Part shown: positions 62,190-64,000 of the stretch, in pieces
How the letters are laid out: each line of letters starts with the position of its first letter
How positions within the stretch are numbered: the first letter of the stretch is position 1
Source: Squalus acanthias
Taxonomy: Eukaryota
Direction: 5' to 3'
DNA length: 64,000 nucleotides
Assembly: GCA_030390025.1 (NCBI GenBank)
Contig: CM059432.1
Location: 27,034,001 to 27,098,000, forward strand
Program-made: the position numbers and the translations under genes
The notes under the pieces: generated by a model
What the model saw: only the letters and a program-made list of their open reading frames with translations
Database searches by the model: none
Told to the model about the DNA's origin: nothing

Positions 62190-63290
62190 TCAATGCAAGA
62201 CGTGCTGTTATCTTGGGACAATTTAGAAATTGCACTTCCGATTTCCGAGTCCAAATCGTTAATGTTAATTGTGAACAACAGTGGTCCCAGCACTGATTCC
62301 TGTGGAACACCACTTCACACCTTTTGCCAGTCTGAGTAGCTACCCTTAATCTGTGTTTTCTGTTTTGAAGCCAGCTTGCTATCCATTCTGCTACCTGTCC
62401 CCTGACTCCACATCCTTAGACCTTAGGCATGAGTCTACTATGCAGTACTTTATTGAAGGCCTTTAGAAAATCCAAATATATTACATCTACTGCATTACCC
62501 TTGTCTATTCTTTGTTACTTCTTCAAAGAATTCAATAACTTTGGTCAAGTTCGACCTTCCCTTTGAAATCCGTGCTGACTATTCTTTATTATATTTTTGG
62601 TTTCTAGATATTTTTCTATTACATCTTTGAGTAAAGCTTCCATTATCTTTCATACCACCGATGTTAAGTTAAATGGTCTATAGTTCCTTGGACTTGTTCT
62701 ATTTACCTTTTTAAATATAGGAATAACATTAGCTGTCCTTTGGTCTTTTGGCCCTGTTCCATTTTCTAATGAATTGTTATATGTAATAGTACCTCTGCTA
62801 TTCTCTTCCCTAACTTTTTTTTAATATGCACAGATGCAATCATTCTGGACCAGGGATTTTATCCTCTCCAAGTTTGATTGGTTTATTAGTTATATCTCCC
62901 CTTTCTATCTTGAATGTCGTCATATCTTTTTTGATTGCTCCTTCTAATGTCATGCCCACCTTGTTAGTCTCTCTGATAAATACTGAGGCAAAGTAACTTC
63001 AACATTTCTGCCATTTCACTCTCATTACCTGTGAATTCAGCTTGTGCATCCCTTAGTGGTCCTATCCAAAGTTCCCGTTAAGCTGTCTGGAGGTCCCGCG
63101 CAGGTCGCTCGCCGGCTTTTAAATTGGAATAAACCCGCCTGAGCAATAACTTGAATGGGCCGTTAAAGGGGTCGCGCACCCAAAAGCAATTAGTGGGAAC
63201 ACTGTTCCTATCCTTATCCTGATTTTTCTTTTATTTGTGTCTGTAGAATACTTTACTATTTCTTTTTAAGTTCCTTGATGATTTAATTTA
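62190..63290 (-). mobile_element. CR1 internal fragment, same subfamily as 18925-25910 host
   Basis: Collinear with 21540-21740 plus 22877-24080. Confidence 0.88.
63067..63204. mobile_element. hAT-type MITE
   Basis: CAAAGTTCCC...GGGAACACTG; 8-bp TSD GTCCTATC/TTCCTATC. Confidence 0.82.
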
Positions 63291-64000
63291 ATGGACGCGA
63301 CTGCTGACAACAAAAAGCCGTTGCGCATGCGCAGTGGTTTTTTTTGGTTGTTGCCGGACTTCCCACAGATTGATCAGAGAGGATGGGGTAAAGAGATCAC
63401 TGCTGCCAAACTGAAGAAAATAAAAATGAGAAGTTTGATCGCTGCTGCCAAACTGAGAAGAAAATAAAAATTAAAAGTTGAAATAATATTTATGCGCTGC
63501 CGAACTGAGCCGAGAGAGAAAGGAGGGGAGGGGAGGGGGTGGGGAAAAGTGATCGCTGCTGCCGATCTGAGGCAAGAGAGAAAGTTAACATTTATGCATT
63601 GCTGAAAATAAAAATTAAAAGCTTAATTGGTTAACGTTAACATTTATGTGCAGAATGCTTCCGGTTCGTTGGCAGCAGTCACTCTCATTTAATATGCTTA
63701 ATCCCATATCCTATAGTAATCAGAGCTAAACTCTGTAGGGAGGATGTATTTAAATCATCCACGTTAAAGTTTTGAATTGTCTTTAAAAACATACTGTATA
63801 GCAGCATTAAAAACCCCTGCACAACACTGTTCACAATCCTGCCTTAAAGGCAAGAATTACATAAATTAAATTGTAATTACAGAAAGAGTGCATTAGCAAA
63901 AGTCTTTAGCTCTTACCTATTCAGAAATGCACAATATTCATGATTAAAGCTGAGCCAGTAAATCCTTAAGGTGATAAACAAACTTGTCATTGACTAGGCT

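Noticed and set aside
58003..64000. Terminal ZFAT exon
   Set aside because: No sequence resembling the expected final exon was found; it presumably lies beyond the window

Overview
Eukaryotic genomic DNA, almost certainly from a cartilaginous fish (shark-type CR1 LINEs with ATTCTATG-like tails, Deu-domain tRNA SINEs, shark-type Penelope termini). The whole window lies inside one + strand gene: eight consecutive coding exons of ZFAT (C2H2 zinc fingers through the C-terminal acidic region), phase-consistent from 3185 to 58002; the first and last exons are outside the window. One ZFAT intron must use a GC donor (32155) and one exon has a CAGCAG tandem acceptor. Introns are packed with nested transposons: two long CR1 copies with SGNH-esterase ORF1, many CR1 fragments, a second CR1/L2-group LINE family, L2 fragments, SINEs, a decayed two-gene PIF/Harbinger element plus deletion derivatives and many 3-bp-TSD MITEs, a hAT MITE family (8-bp TSD) and a TA-flanked Tigger-like MITE. 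The most striking non-coding structure is a 191-bp near-perfect palindrome (51611-51801) built from a Penelope-type terminus that carries a minimal hammerhead-ribozyme motif on both strands; a collapsed sibling lacking the hairpin is at 55869-55922. No prokaryotic system, CRISPR array or intact novel protein-coding gene was found. Family names come from motif recognition, not database searches.
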